Assembly (NCBI GenBank): GCA_964394685.1
Contig: CAYMYO010000005.1
Coordinates: forward strand, 1 to 50,115
DNA: 50,115 nucleotides
Reading direction: 5' to 3'
Origin: an uncultured Gammaproteobacteria bacterium
GTDB taxonomy: Bacteria > Patescibacteriota > Microgenomatia > UBA10105 > UBA927
In this document: one piece after another, positions 9,075-18,430 of the stretch
Layout: each line of letters opens with the position of its first letter
Position numbering within the stretch: position 1 is the first letter of the stretch
Notes under the pieces: generated by a model
What the model was told of the DNA's origin: nothing
What the model saw: only the letters and a program-made list of their open reading frames with translations
Database searches by the model: none
Made by a program: the position numbers and the translations under genes

Positions 9075-9297
9075 ATATTTTTTTGAAGCTAATATATTTC
9101 ACGGAGATTGGTAGGAAGCTGTAATTATATGTCATTTCTTCAATGGGAAATCCTCCTTCGCACTTCGTGCTTCGGCGGACGCGGTTGATCGCAACGAATA
9201 AAGCGCCAGTGATACTCTTTATGGGAAATTGATCGCCTGCCCAACGGTCAATTCCCCATACAAAATACCAATTTGGCGCTTTTCGTTGTAATAATTC

Positions 9298-9367
9298 TTT
9301 ACCGGGTATTAACGCTCTTTCGAGGCGAGGATGTAAACCTCGCGAGAAAGTAAGTTTGATACTCCGG
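9298..9367. repeat. About 70-bp structured repeat element, copy 2
   Basis: TTTACC...GCTCTTTCGAGG...GCGAGAAAGTAAGTTTGAT...CCGG, homologous to 448-517. Confidence 0.75.
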
Positions 9368-9405
9368 CCCAGAAAAAAAACGACAGAATTTTAATTAGCT
9401 GGACG

Positions 9406-9434
9406 ATTGTAACGCGAAGATTATGGGTTGTCAA
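9406..9434 (-). promoter_or_regulatory. sigma70-type promoter upstream of a non-coding hairpin region
   Basis: Minus strand reads TTGACA-17 nt-TACAAT. Confidence 0.7.
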
Positions 9435-9439
9435 TGATT

Positions 9440-9521
9440 TGTCATGCTGAATTCATTTCAGCATCTAGTATTTAATATTTACACTGGGATCCTGATCCGC
9501 CAGTTGGCGGACAGGATAACA
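9440..9521. repeat. REP-like inverted doublet with a nested CCGCCAGTTGGCGG palindrome
   Basis: TGTCATGCTGAATTCATTTCAGCATCT ... GATCCTGA[TCCGCCAGTTGGCGGA]CAGGATAACA. Confidence 0.6.
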
Positions 9522-9529
9522 AGCTAATT

Positions 9530-9748
9530 TTATTCATTAATAATTGTCCATTCACATACCTTTGCCGGTTGTCCAACGCAACGATCACATACTTTAATTT
9601 GGGGTTGTAATACATTCACAGCGTCTGTGTATGTTACGGGGCGTGATGTTTCAGGGTGATTCAAATCAATAATTATGGTTCGTAACGAATCAAGTGGAAT
9701 TGGAGCAATCATTATCATTCTTCCTGCTTTACATGTTTCTACTGCCAT
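9530..9748 (-). CDS. Hypothetical protein (72 aa, 4 Cys)
   Basis: Isolated ATG ORF with no recognisable family. Confidence 0.5.
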   Translation of the reverse strand: MAVETCKAGRMIMIAPIPLDSLRTIIIDLNHPETSRPVTYTDAVNVLQPQIKVCDRCVGQPAKVCEWTIINE

Positions 9749-9832
9749 ATGTTTAGTTGATTGTGTTTACTAATTTTGTAGTATATATCGTAGTGATAGG
9801 ATAATCAACTTTCCGATTTTGGCTTACTTTAT

Positions 9833-10087
9833 TTATCGGTAAATATTTTTTCTATTACCAATACGAAGGACTATTATTATGGTTTTATGCACATCAATGA
9901 TTGCCCGATAATCCCCAATACGAAATCGATAGGAACCAATATCCATATTTGTCAATCGTTTTGCAAATGAGAGCGGATTTTTTTGTGAAACGAAATAGGT
10001 TAGTTTTTCGACAATCATCCGTTGAACAGGTTTTGGAAGTTTTTTTAGATCCCGTACTGCATGGATATCGTAGAGCAGAGAATCCAT
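9833..10087 (-). CDS. RelE/ParE-family toxin
   Basis: Motifs A.RDLKKLP, YRFRIGDYR and IGNRKNIY. The ATG sits just after the antitoxin stop. Confidence 0.92.
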   Translation of the reverse strand: MDSLLYDIHAVRDLKKLPKPVQRMIVEKLTYFVSQKNPLSFAKRLTNMDIGSYRFRIGDYRAIIDVHKTIIIVLRIGNRKNIYR

Positions 10088-10088
10088 A

Positions 10089-10370
10089 TTACAAATCAAG
10101 CATCGCACGCACATCTTTTGACGTATATCGTTTTGTTCCTTTTCTTGCTTCCTGAATGGATACAAGATATTTCTGTGAGTTCATGGCTTCCATGTCCTCA
10201 AGAAAATCTTCCCACATGTCGTTGGGAATAAGAACACCAAGAGGAATATCATTTTTCATGACGCGGTAAAATGATTTTGTTTTTTTCGCATTATCAAATA
10301 ATCGCGTCAGTCCGGCTTGCGCACGTTGAATATTGGTGAATTTTTCATCGGAAATGAGTTGTTGAATCAT
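10089..10370 (-). CDS. Antitoxin (Phd/YefM-like)
   Basis: 93 aa, directly upstream of RelE, with a Phd-like pattern (VMKNDIPLGVLIP...WEDFLED). Confidence 0.8.
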   Translation of the reverse strand: MIQQLISDEKFTNIQRAQAGLTRLFDNAKKTKSFYRVMKNDIPLGVLIPNDMWEDFLEDMEAMNSQKYLVSIQEARKGTKRYTSKDVRAMLDL

Positions 10371-10373
10371 ATG

Positions 10374-10407
10374 TAATGATTCTATAATGATTCTGTAATT
10401 TTGTCAA
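10374..10407 (-). promoter_or_regulatory. TA operon promoter with a direct-repeat operator
   Basis: TTGACA-17-TAGAAT-8 nt-ATG. TAATGATTCT is repeated at 10374 and 10385. Confidence 0.75.
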
Positions 10408-11626
10408 GGATATGTTTTGCAGCGTTTTGACCAAGTTCTACTGCGTAATTTGTTTCTCTATCCCATGGACAGATGGAATCAAGGTTTGCAAGAAATACAT
10501 TCTGTATCGGCGTTTCGAGTTTTGGCGCACGCTGCGAATAATTTAATGCATGAACAGGCTGCGCGTTGGGAGAAGTAAAGAGAAAAGAGTTGAGAATCGA
10601 AAACTGAGAATTAATTTTTTTTATATATGGGAGAAATTTTTCGAGTAATTGTTCTTTCGTGAGTTTTAAATAAGGATGATTATCTGGAAGATAATTTCCG
10701 ATGTAAGCGATATGCTTGCCTCCGTAATTTTTTTTGTCTATAAAATTTGTGTGTTGAACAACAGCAATAAACGGATACGATCGGTCGTTTACGTTCAACC
10801 AATATGTTTTTTCAAGAATAGGTTTATCAGTTTCCAAAATAAGCGTTTGTGCCCAGAGATGGGGAATTGAAAGAAGTTGCTGTTTGTAGGTATCTGGAAA
10901 TTTGATCAACTTGACTGCAATTTGGGAAGGAACAGTCAAAAGAATATCATCAAATTTTTTCCTATCAATGTGAGTAATAGTTGTATTTGTTTTAACGATA
11001 CCACCTTGTTTTTTTATGGTATCTGCCAGCACGTCGACAAAATGAGCAAATCCGCCGCGAAAATATCCTAAACAAGGGGTCCGTTTATAGATCCGTCCCC
11101 AGAGCCACGATGCGGCGATATCGCCAGCGTACGGGCTAAATTTTGCATCCAGGAGCGGTTCCCAGATTGTTTTCCATGCAGCGTTTCCATTGAGTTTTTT
11201 AAAAAGCTGTTTTGCTGTTATCTGTTCAAGAGGTTTCCAAAAGGGGTTTAATTTCATGATGGCAGCTGTACAACCTGTGCGAAGGCGATCGATAAACGGA
11301 AGTCCGGGGAACGCAAGGATATTTATAGGAGTATCAAAAGGGTATTGATTGTTGTTCCAATAGACTGATGTGGTTGGATGGAGGATCATCAGATCTTTTT
11401 CCATTCCCAGTTCTTTAGCAAGGGCAATAATTGCTTTATCACTGGTAAAAAAATGATGATATGTTTTTTCCAAAGGCCACTTCCATGATGGCGTACGAAA
11501 TCCAGATGCAAGTCCACCAAGTGTCGTCACATCCTTTTCAAACACCGTGACCTTGTGACCGCGCTTGGTAAGCTCATACGCAGCAGCAAGTCCCGTTATC
11601 CCGCCACCAATAATTGCGATATGCAT
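10382..11626 (-). CDS. FAD-dependent oxidoreductase (amine oxidase/protoporphyrinogen oxidase-like)
   Basis: Motifs IIGGGITGL.AA, LGGLA and LEKTYHH. Confidence 0.9.
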   Translation of the reverse strand: MHIAIIGGGITGLAAAYELTKRGHKVTVFEKDVTTLGGLASGFRTPSWKWPLEKTYHHFFTSDKAIIALAKELGMEKDLMILHPTTSVYWNNNQYPFDTPINILAFPGLPFIDRLRTGCTAAIMKLNPFWKPLEQITAKQLFKKLNGNAAWKTIWEPLLDAKFSPYAGDIAASWLWGRIYKRTPCLGYFRGGFAHFVDVLADTIKKQGGIVKTNTTITHIDRKKFDDILLTVPSQIAVKLIKFPDTYKQQLLSIPHLWAQTLILETDKPILEKTYWLNVNDRSYPFIAVVQHTNFIDKKNYGGKHIAYIGNYLPDNHPYLKLTKEQLLEKFLPYIKKINSQFSILNSFLFTSPNAQPVHALNYSQRAPKLETPIQNVFLANLDSICPWDRETNYAVELGQNAAKHILDKITESL

Positions 11627-11702
11627 AGTTTGGATTGTATCACGTATTTTATGGCTTGAGTTTACTGTCTCCCAACGATATACTAGAGGACAAACGAATA
11701 CA

Positions 11703-12607
11703 ATGAAACGAGGAATAATTTCTTCTTATTGGATGCAATTATTTATTTTACTTCGTCCGTGGCAGTGGGTGAAAAACATAGCAGTATTTATTCCAATTGT
11801 GTTTACTGAAAACTTATTTGTCCCCGTATTATTTACCAGATCACTTATTGCTTTTTGTTCATTGTGTCTTCTTTCATCTTCTCATTATGTCTTAAATGAC
11901 ATTATTGATAAGGAGAGAGATAGGCAAGATCCAATTCGGAAATTTCGTCCCATTGCAGCTGGGACTATTCCCATATCTGTCGGACTAGCTACCTGGGCAA
12001 TTCTCATATTAGGTGCAATCAGCATAGCAACTCGTCTTGGGACGCCTCTTATGATTGCCATAGTTGTCTATGCAATAGTCCATTATTTTTTGTTATTTAT
12101 ATTTCGGCATATGACGATTATTGATATTTTTGTGCTTGCCATTGGCTATGTGCTCCGGTTGTATGTGGAGAAGCAGCGACAGGGGTGCACGTGTCTGTAT
12201 GGTTAATCCTTTCTGCATTTTCACTCGCACTTCTTGTAGCTGTTGGAAAACGTAGGTATGAACATATGCAGAAAAAAGAAGCGATCATGGACAGGTATTC
12301 CGTACGACTACTCGATAGTTATGTCACAGTATTTGCTACAGCTACGTTTCTTTCGTATGTATACTATACCTTTCTTTCAACATTTGCCTTCGAAAGCATT
12401 CGGGTCACAGGATTTTCTGGAGGTGAACGAAAATGGCTCATGGTGACCATCCCGTTTGTGCTTTATGGCATTATGCGTTTCTTGCAGCGGATTTACACCG
12501 ATACAAAGGGTTATTTTCAAAAAGCTCTCATGACTGATATACCGCTCTTATTTTCTGTGAGCGCTTGGGGTTGTGTGCTTATCATTATTTTGTATGTCCT
12601 CACCTAA
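11703..12607 (+). pseudogene. UbiA-family prenyltransferase (decaprenyl-phosphate phosphoribosyltransferase-like), frameshifted near 12166
   Basis: LRPWQWVKN, NDIID.E.DR and RPIAAG lie in one frame; GEAAT..SVWL..GKRR.E and TIPFVLYGI.R lie in another. One base is missing at TATGTGGAGAA. Confidence 0.85.
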
Positions 12608-13166
12608 CAATAAACACGTTATCCGCATCGGTTTGGATTTTGACGGAGTGGTTGCATATAATCCCGTGAGAATCATCCGTGCGCCTGTTGCATTTTTTAA
12701 GCAGTATGTGTTGGGGATGAAAAAGCTCCGTTTTTTTGTGCCAAAAAGCACATTCATGCGTTTTTTGTATATTCTTGCTCACGAAACAAGTGTGTTTCCT
12801 GCATTTGGTGCTTCAAAGCTTCGTGACTTATCCAAACGAACAGATATCGAATTGTATCTTATTACTGCACGGTTTCATTTTCTTGAGCCAAGTCTCTATC
12901 GATGGCTTAATCGATGGGGGTTACGATCTGTATTTAAAGGAATATATGTCAATACCACTGACAGGCAACCGCATGAACATAAATTAGATACGATTCGCAC
13001 ACTTCGCCTTGATTATTTTGTTGAGGATAATTGGGATATTGTTACGTATCTTGATGGAAAAACAAAAACAATTATTTATTGGGTGTACAACATCAATGAT
13101 CATGGAAAAAAATATCATCACAAAATACCGTATTTGAAGCGATTTTTTGAGGATATCCACCTATGA
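12594..13166 (+). CDS. HAD-superfamily hydrolase (nucleotidase-like)
   Basis: Motifs IGLDFDGV, ITAR and FVEDN. Confidence 0.8.
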   Translation: MSSPNNKHVIRIGLDFDGVVAYNPVRIIRAPVAFFKQYVLGMKKLRFFVPKSTFMRFLYILAHETSVFPAFGASKLRDLSKRTDIELYLITARFHFLEPSLYRWLNRWGLRSVFKGIYVNTTDRQPHEHKLDTIRTLRLDYFVEDNWDIVTYLDGKTKTIIYWVYNINDHGKKYHHKIPYLKRFFEDIHL

Positions 13167-14284
13167 CGCTTCTTTTTACCTTAACCTACTATGATCCGTA
13201 TGTTTCAGGACTCACAATATGTGTTAAGCGCCTTGCCGAAGGACTTGCAAAGCACGGGTCTTCGGTTCATGTATTATGTATGCGTCACACAAAGACAATT
13301 CCTTTAAAAGAAACCATTCACCATGTTTCCGTTACACGAGCTCGTTCAACACTGCGATTTCATAAAGGATTTTTATCTTTTGATTGGGTAAAACAAGCAT
13401 ATGCACTCATCCAAACATCCGATGTAATAGTTGTGAATTTGCCGCAAGTTGAAGGTTTCATTGCGGCTTGTTTTGCTAAGTGTTTTGGAAAACGCGTGAT
13501 AGCTGTCTATCACTGTGAGCTGGTGCTTCCGCGGGGGATTAGGAATCGCTGTATACAGTTTGGTGTGGAACTGGCAAACCGTATCGCATGTTTTTTTTCC
13601 GATACCATCATTACATATACAGATGACTATGCACGCCATAGTCGGGTGCTTCTACCATTTAGAAAAAAGATTCAATCAATATATCCGCCTATTCCGGTTC
13701 CACGAGTTTCTCTTTCAACAAAAAAGAAACTAACAAAATTGATTGGTTCACACAAACTTGTGATTGGTATAGCAGCGAGACTGGCAGCAGAAAAGGGAAT
13801 TGAGTATGTATTTGAAGCACTTCATTATTTACCAAAAGATACAATGATTGTGGTTGCCGGCCCCACGGAACATGTGGGGGAAGAAAAATATAAGAAGAAA
13901 ATTCTCGATCTTGTTTCTTCAAACGTAAGTCAGATAGTATTTTTAGGAACACTCACGCAAGACGAAATGGGTGCATTTTACTCCCTCATAGATGTCTTAG
14001 TGGTGTCATCAATAAATAGCACAGAAGCATTTGGACTCGTGCAGGTTGAAGCGATGCTTTGCAAAGTTCCGGTGGTTGCAACCGATCTTCCGGGAGTTCG
14101 AGTTCCCATACAACAAACTCATATGGGGATAGTGGTACCGCCAAAAAATGCAAAAGCCATAGCAGAGGCAATTGGAGCTATAGTAAAAAAGAAAAAATCA
14201 TATATACTACCAACCACGACTATTCAAACGATTTTTTCCTATGAAAAAACCATCAACGCATACAAACGTTGTTTCATTTCTTAA
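13163..14284 (+). CDS. GT4 glycosyltransferase
   Basis: Motifs RLAAEKG, EAFGLVQVEAM and PVVATDLPG. Confidence 0.93.
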   Translation: MTLLFTLTYYDPYVSGLTICVKRLAEGLAKHGSSVHVLCMRHTKTIPLKETIHHVSVTRARSTLRFHKGFLSFDWVKQAYALIQTSDVIVVNLPQVEGFIAACFAKCFGKRVIAVYHCELVLPRGIRNRCIQFGVELANRIACFFSDTIITYTDDYARHSRVLLPFRKKIQSIYPPIPVPRVSLSTKKKLTKLIGSHKLVIGIAARLAAEKGIEYVFEALHYLPKDTMIVVAGPTEHVGEEKYKKKILDLVSSNVSQIVFLGTLTQDEMGAFYSLIDVLVVSSINSTEAFGLVQVEAMLCKVPVVATDLPGVRVPIQQTHMGIVVPPKNAKAIAEAIGAIVKKKKSYILPTTTIQTIFSYEKTINAYKRCFIS

Positions 14285-15044
14285 CACGTATTTACAGAAG
14301 CGACCCCTTTTTCTTTCTCTTATTCGGGCCAAAGAAGCAGAGCTGTTTACTCGTTTTATGCCGTATCGAAAGCCAGTGTTAGACATTGGCTGTGGTGATG
14401 GTTTTTTTGCTCAAACTGTTTTTATAGCTGTTTCCATAGGGTTAGATATTCCTGGTAGCAGAATGAAAGAATTAAAAAATGTGGGTATATATAAAAAACT
14501 CGTTGAGTACGATGGATCCAAGATTCCGTTTTCAAACAATACCTTTCCAACAATCATTTCAAACTGCGTGTTCGAGCACATTGAAGATGTGGGTCGCGTT
14601 CTTGCAGAAATTTATCGTGTGCTTCGTCCAGGCGGAACGTTTGTTGTTAGCGTTATGGCAAAGCCGTGGGAGGAGCATTTATTTGGGTCGATATTTTTAG
14701 GAAATTCCTATAAACAGTACATGCAAAAAAAACAAGTTCATGTGCATTTGTATACGAGTAATCAGTGGAAAGAAGTATGTACGCGTGCAGGATTTCAGAT
14801 TAAAAAGTGCATTGGGTATTTGTCGCCGCAAGCATGTATGTGGATTGATATAGCACATTATCTTTCTATTCCAAATCTCTGTTCTTATATCCTGTTTCAT
14901 ACCTGGGTGTTATTTCCATGGATGAGTACTGTTTTTCCCATGCAACGTCTGGCTCGACTTATTGAGGGTGATGTTCCGATTGCTTCTGCCGGAGCGCTCT
15001 TTTTTATGTTAACAAAAAACAAAAAGAGTAGGGTACAATACTGA
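14241..15044 (+). CDS. Class I SAM-dependent methyltransferase
   Basis: Motifs VLDIGCGDG, VFEHI and RVLRPGG. Confidence 0.9.
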   Translation: MKKPSTHTNVVSFLNTYLQKRPLFLSLIRAKEAELFTRFMPYRKPVLDIGCGDGFFAQTVFIAVSIGLDIPGSRMKELKNVGIYKKLVEYDGSKIPFSNNTFPTIISNCVFEHIEDVGRVLAEIYRVLRPGGTFVVSVMAKPWEEHLFGSIFLGNSYKQYMQKKQVHVHLYTSNQWKEVCTRAGFQIKKCIGYLSPQACMWIDIAHYLSIPNLCSYILFHTWVLFPWMSTVFPMQRLARLIEGDVPIASAGALFFMLTKNKKSRVQY

Positions 15045-15046
15045 TT

Positions 15047-16075
15047 ATGAAACGTATGCTTATCACCGGCGGAGCAGGATTTATTGGAACAAACACATCG
15101 TTGTATTTTGCTAAAAAAAGGTATGCAATAACGCTATTTGATAATTTGTCCAGAAAAGGGACGAAAGAGAATTTAACATATCTTCAAAAACAGATTCCGC
15201 ATCTATCGTTTGTTCAGGGAGATATTCGTGATGCAAGTGCTGTCGCAAAAGTTGTATCGGGGCAAGATATCATTTTCCATTTTGCCGCCCAAGTTGCTGT
15301 AACGACATCTGTTGTTAATCCAAAAGAAGATTTTGAAATAAATGCTGGAGGCACAATGAATGTGCTTGAGGCAGTACGGCGTACCAATCCGCACGCAATA
15401 GTTATCTATAGTTCAACAAATAAAGTTTACGGAGGACTGGAGCATCTGAAAGTCATTGAAAAACAAACGCGCTATACAGTCCCAGAAAAACCATTTGGGG
15501 TAGATGAGACAACACTGTTGGATTTTAACTCACCGTATGGGTGTTCAAAAGGGTCAGCAGATCAATATGTCCGTGATTATCACAGGTTGTATGGACTCAA
15601 CACAGTTGTATTTCGCCAGTCGTGTATTTATGGGAGCCATCAGTTTGGTGTCGAGGATCAGGGGTGGTTGGCATGGTTTTTGATTGCGACACTTTTTCAT
15701 ATCCCTCTGACGATTTACGGCAATGGAAAACAAGTGCGAGATCTTCTCTCTGTAGAGGATTTACTGGTTGCGTATGAGAAAGCAATTCATCACATCAGCG
15801 TCACTTCTGGTCAAATATATAATATCGGGGGAGGTCGTGATAATGCGATATCCATATGGTTGGAATGTGTACCGCTTATTACATCTATTGCAGGATCATT
15901 GCCACAGGTAACATATACAAATGAACGGCCAGGAGATCAGCCGTATTTTATTGCTGACATAAGGAAAGCAAAACGTGACTTTGGATGGGTTCCCACTATA
16001 TCGTACAAAAAAGGTATTCAACTTCTTTACCTTTGGCTACAAGAACATGCTAAAATTATAAAGCGGAATTTATAG
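15047..16075 (+). CDS. NAD-dependent epimerase (CDP-paratose 2-epimerase-like)
   Basis: Motifs ITGGAGFIG, AAQVAVTTS, SSTNKVYG, SPYGCSK and EDQGW. Confidence 0.9.
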   Translation: MKRMLITGGAGFIGTNTSLYFAKKRYAITLFDNLSRKGTKENLTYLQKQIPHLSFVQGDIRDASAVAKVVSGQDIIFHFAAQVAVTTSVVNPKEDFEINAGGTMNVLEAVRRTNPHAIVIYSSTNKVYGGLEHLKVIEKQTRYTVPEKPFGVDETTLLDFNSPYGCSKGSADQYVRDYHRLYGLNTVVFRQSCIYGSHQFGVEDQGWLAWFLIATLFHIPLTIYGNGKQVRDLLSVEDLLVAYEKAIHHISVTSGQIYNIGGGRDNAISIWLECVPLITSIAGSLPQVTYTNERPGDQPYFIADIRKAKRDFGWVPTISYKKGIQLLYLWLQEHAKIIKRNL

Positions 16076-16653
16076 GGTAATATCCTAACACGATTGTAGC
16101 CTGCGTTATGAAATGCAGACTGAAGAAAAAATGGATTCATGTGTCGAATATTTTTTTCGATACCCCAAGGAAGTCTTCGAAGAAAAATATAGATGTACCA
16201 CAGAATATTCCATCCGTTTGGTTCAGAAAAAACGAGCACCCCATTCTTTTTTATTGTTTTTTTGAGTTGAGGGAGGATGGTGTAAATATCAACATGATGT
16301 AGGATATCAGCACCCACTATTCCATCAAACAAAGGAGTTGTTGGAAGTTTTGTTGAGGTGGTGAGGACGCCCCAAGAAGACGTCTTTATTTGTTTATATA
16401 TTTTTGTTAATTCCTGAAGAGATGTTTTTGATACATCGACCGCGTGGACATGATATCCACGACTTAAAAAATATAACGCCACTCTGCCGTTTCCTGATCC
16501 AAAATCCATGAGTTTACTTCCAATAGGAAGTTGAAGTAACTTTTCCATCTGCTCATATTCCAATAGCTGTGTTTTTGGAGGATGTTTGAGTAATCCGATC
16601 TTGTATCTGTTTTTTCGTTTATCGAAGTATATCCGTTGGTTGTTGGTGTCCAT
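16027..16653 (-). CDS. Class I SAM-dependent methyltransferase
   Basis: Motifs MDFGSGNG, AVDVS, ILHH and FSEPN. Confidence 0.85.
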   Translation of the reverse strand: MDTNNQRIYFDKRKNRYKIGLLKHPPKTQLLEYEQMEKLLQLPIGSKLMDFGSGNGRVALYFLSRGYHVHAVDVSKTSLQELTKIYKQIKTSSWGVLTTSTKLPTTPLFDGIVGADILHHVDIYTILPQLKKTIKKNGVLVFSEPNGWNILWYIYIFLRRLPWGIEKNIRHMNPFFLQSAFHNAGYNRVRILPYKFRFIILACSCSQR

Positions 16654-18430
16654 AAATTAATTGAAATAGTTGATCTTTTGTATGCGCTGTTGTTTTTTTA
16701 AATAGTATCACTTTCGGATGATCATAGACAGTAAAAGACTCTTCTGCTCCATCATCGTTGAGCGCGAGTAGACAATCGTTGGTAGAAGTAAAAGAAAATG
16801 GGGGAGGACGAAGATTGGTTTTTGTATCTGCAAATCCAAAAGAACCTGGGATTAAACAAGGATATGACGTCACTGTTGTGACATGTGTAAATCCAAGTGC
16901 TCCAGAAAATAAGAGTTCGTAATACCGTGCTGTATTGGGGAAGCGGTCGTGAAGTGTGTATAATGACCTCCAGAGCCTGTTACTCGTGAGAGCGATGTAA
17001 TCAGATTGTTCAAGTATCCGAGTAATTGTTTTCCATTTACTTGCTGAATCAGGATCATAGAGAGGTAGTCCTTCAATGCGGTACAGTGACGAACTGTATG
17101 TGTCAATGCTTACGGGTACTGCATCATCCCAGATTTCATACGTAAGGCGTGAGCCATGGGGAATGGTGTTGTAGATCCAATAGGATGTTTGTACGCGCGT
17201 ATGCGGCATTCTATAGATACTCGTAAATCCCCAGGCCCACCAGAGAATGAGGAAAGAACAGAGATATATACAATATGTAGCCCATTTTTTATGTCGGATT
17301 TTTTCCCACAAAGAAACACCAGTAACACCAGCAAGTACGGCAATCATTGGATAGATGGGATAGACATATCGGAGTGCTTTTGCAAATTGGATGCTTTGAT
17401 AGGAAAAAAGAAAGAGTATCCAAAGAACCGCAAGAAGGATTTCAACATTTATTTTTTTGTTTCGGATGCATTGGGAGAAGAAATACAGCATACAAATGCT
17501 AACAAGTGTCCCGATCGGTATTCCCAAGCCCCAGAGATACGTATGAAGCGGTAAAAATAACCCATGTAGTGTTGGAATCCACTGAAGAGCAGGTGGAAAT
17601 CCGGTATTTACTCCATCAAATTGTTTTAACTCGTGCCAATTAGCTATAAGAAGGGGATTGAGATGGGGAAAAACACTTCCGGTAAATAAATATGGATACG
17701 TAAGCCTGAGCGTTACATAGAAAAATGAACCAACGATAATTCCTGATGTAGCAAGATGAATAATATTTCTTTTTTTAATAAACATTATGATGTACATACA
17801 AAAAATAATTCCTGCAAATAACGCTGCAGATACTTTCGCAGCCACTGCAAGTCCAAATGCAATTCCAAGACCCCCTGAAAGGAAGAATAGATTGGACCTC
17901 TTTTTTGTATGAAGCATGAGAATTAAAAGAGCAAAACTGAGAGTGAGAAAAAATGTCAGATACGGATCAACAGCAAAAAAGTGTGCAAGCTGCACTGGAA
18001 GAATCATGCATGCATATATGCCAGATGCAACAAGCCCAACACTTGTTTTTTTTGATAGAAGTACTGCAATTCCAAAAACAAGAAATACAATAAATAGTTC
18101 GATAATACCAGATACAATTCTTCCCACTATGGTGACGCCATCATAGGAGCCCATATTGACACGTTCTGCTACCCATTTAACAAGAAGTACCGGCCAAGTG
18201 CCGTATACATAAAAATCAAATCCCTTATTATGTGGATTTAAAGAAGAAGTGCTGGTATCAAAATATTCCTGAATGTTTGCCGGCCAGGTAAGACCTGTTG
18301 CAACCATAGTGAGGAATCGTTCATCAGGATGAAGATGTTGGTTTTGATCCCAATGAACGCCAACAAAACGGAAATAGCCGGCTATTAACAGAATGATAAT
18401 GAAATATCCGATGTGTTTAACGTTGTTCAT
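16619..18430 (-). CDS. GT-C fold (GT39/ArnT-like) membrane glycosyltransferase
   Basis: HPDER motif after TM1, many TM helices and EESFTVYDHP. The start is placed at MNNVK, overlapping the upstream stop. Confidence 0.85.
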   Translation of the reverse strand: MNNVKHIGYFIIILLIAGYFRFVGVHWDQNQHLHPDERFLTMVATGLTWPANIQEYFDTSTSSLNPHNKGFDFYVYGTWPVLLVKWVAERVNMGSYDGVTIVGRIVSGIIELFIVFLVFGIAVLLSKKTSVGLVASGIYACMILPVQLAHFFAVDPYLTFFLTLSFALLILMLHTKKRSNLFFLSGGLGIAFGLAVAAKVSAALFAGIIFCMYIIMFIKKRNIIHLATSGIIVGSFFYVTLRLTYPYLFTGSVFPHLNPLLIANWHELKQFDGVNTGFPPALQWIPTLHGLFLPLHTYLWGLGIPIGTLVSICMLYFFSQCIRNKKINVEILLAVLWILFLFSYQSIQFAKALRYVYPIYPMIAVLAGVTGVSLWEKIRHKKWATYCIYLCSFLILWWAWGFTSIYRMPHTRVQTSYWIYNTIPHGSRLTYEIWDDAVPVSIDTYSSSLYRIEGLPLYDPDSASKWKTITRILEQSDYIALTSNRLWRSLYTLHDRFPNTARYYELLFSGALGFTHVTTVTSYPCLIPGSFGFADTKTNLRPPPFSFTSTNDCLLALNDDGAEESFTVYDHPKVILFKKTTAHTKDQLFQLIYGHQQPTDILR

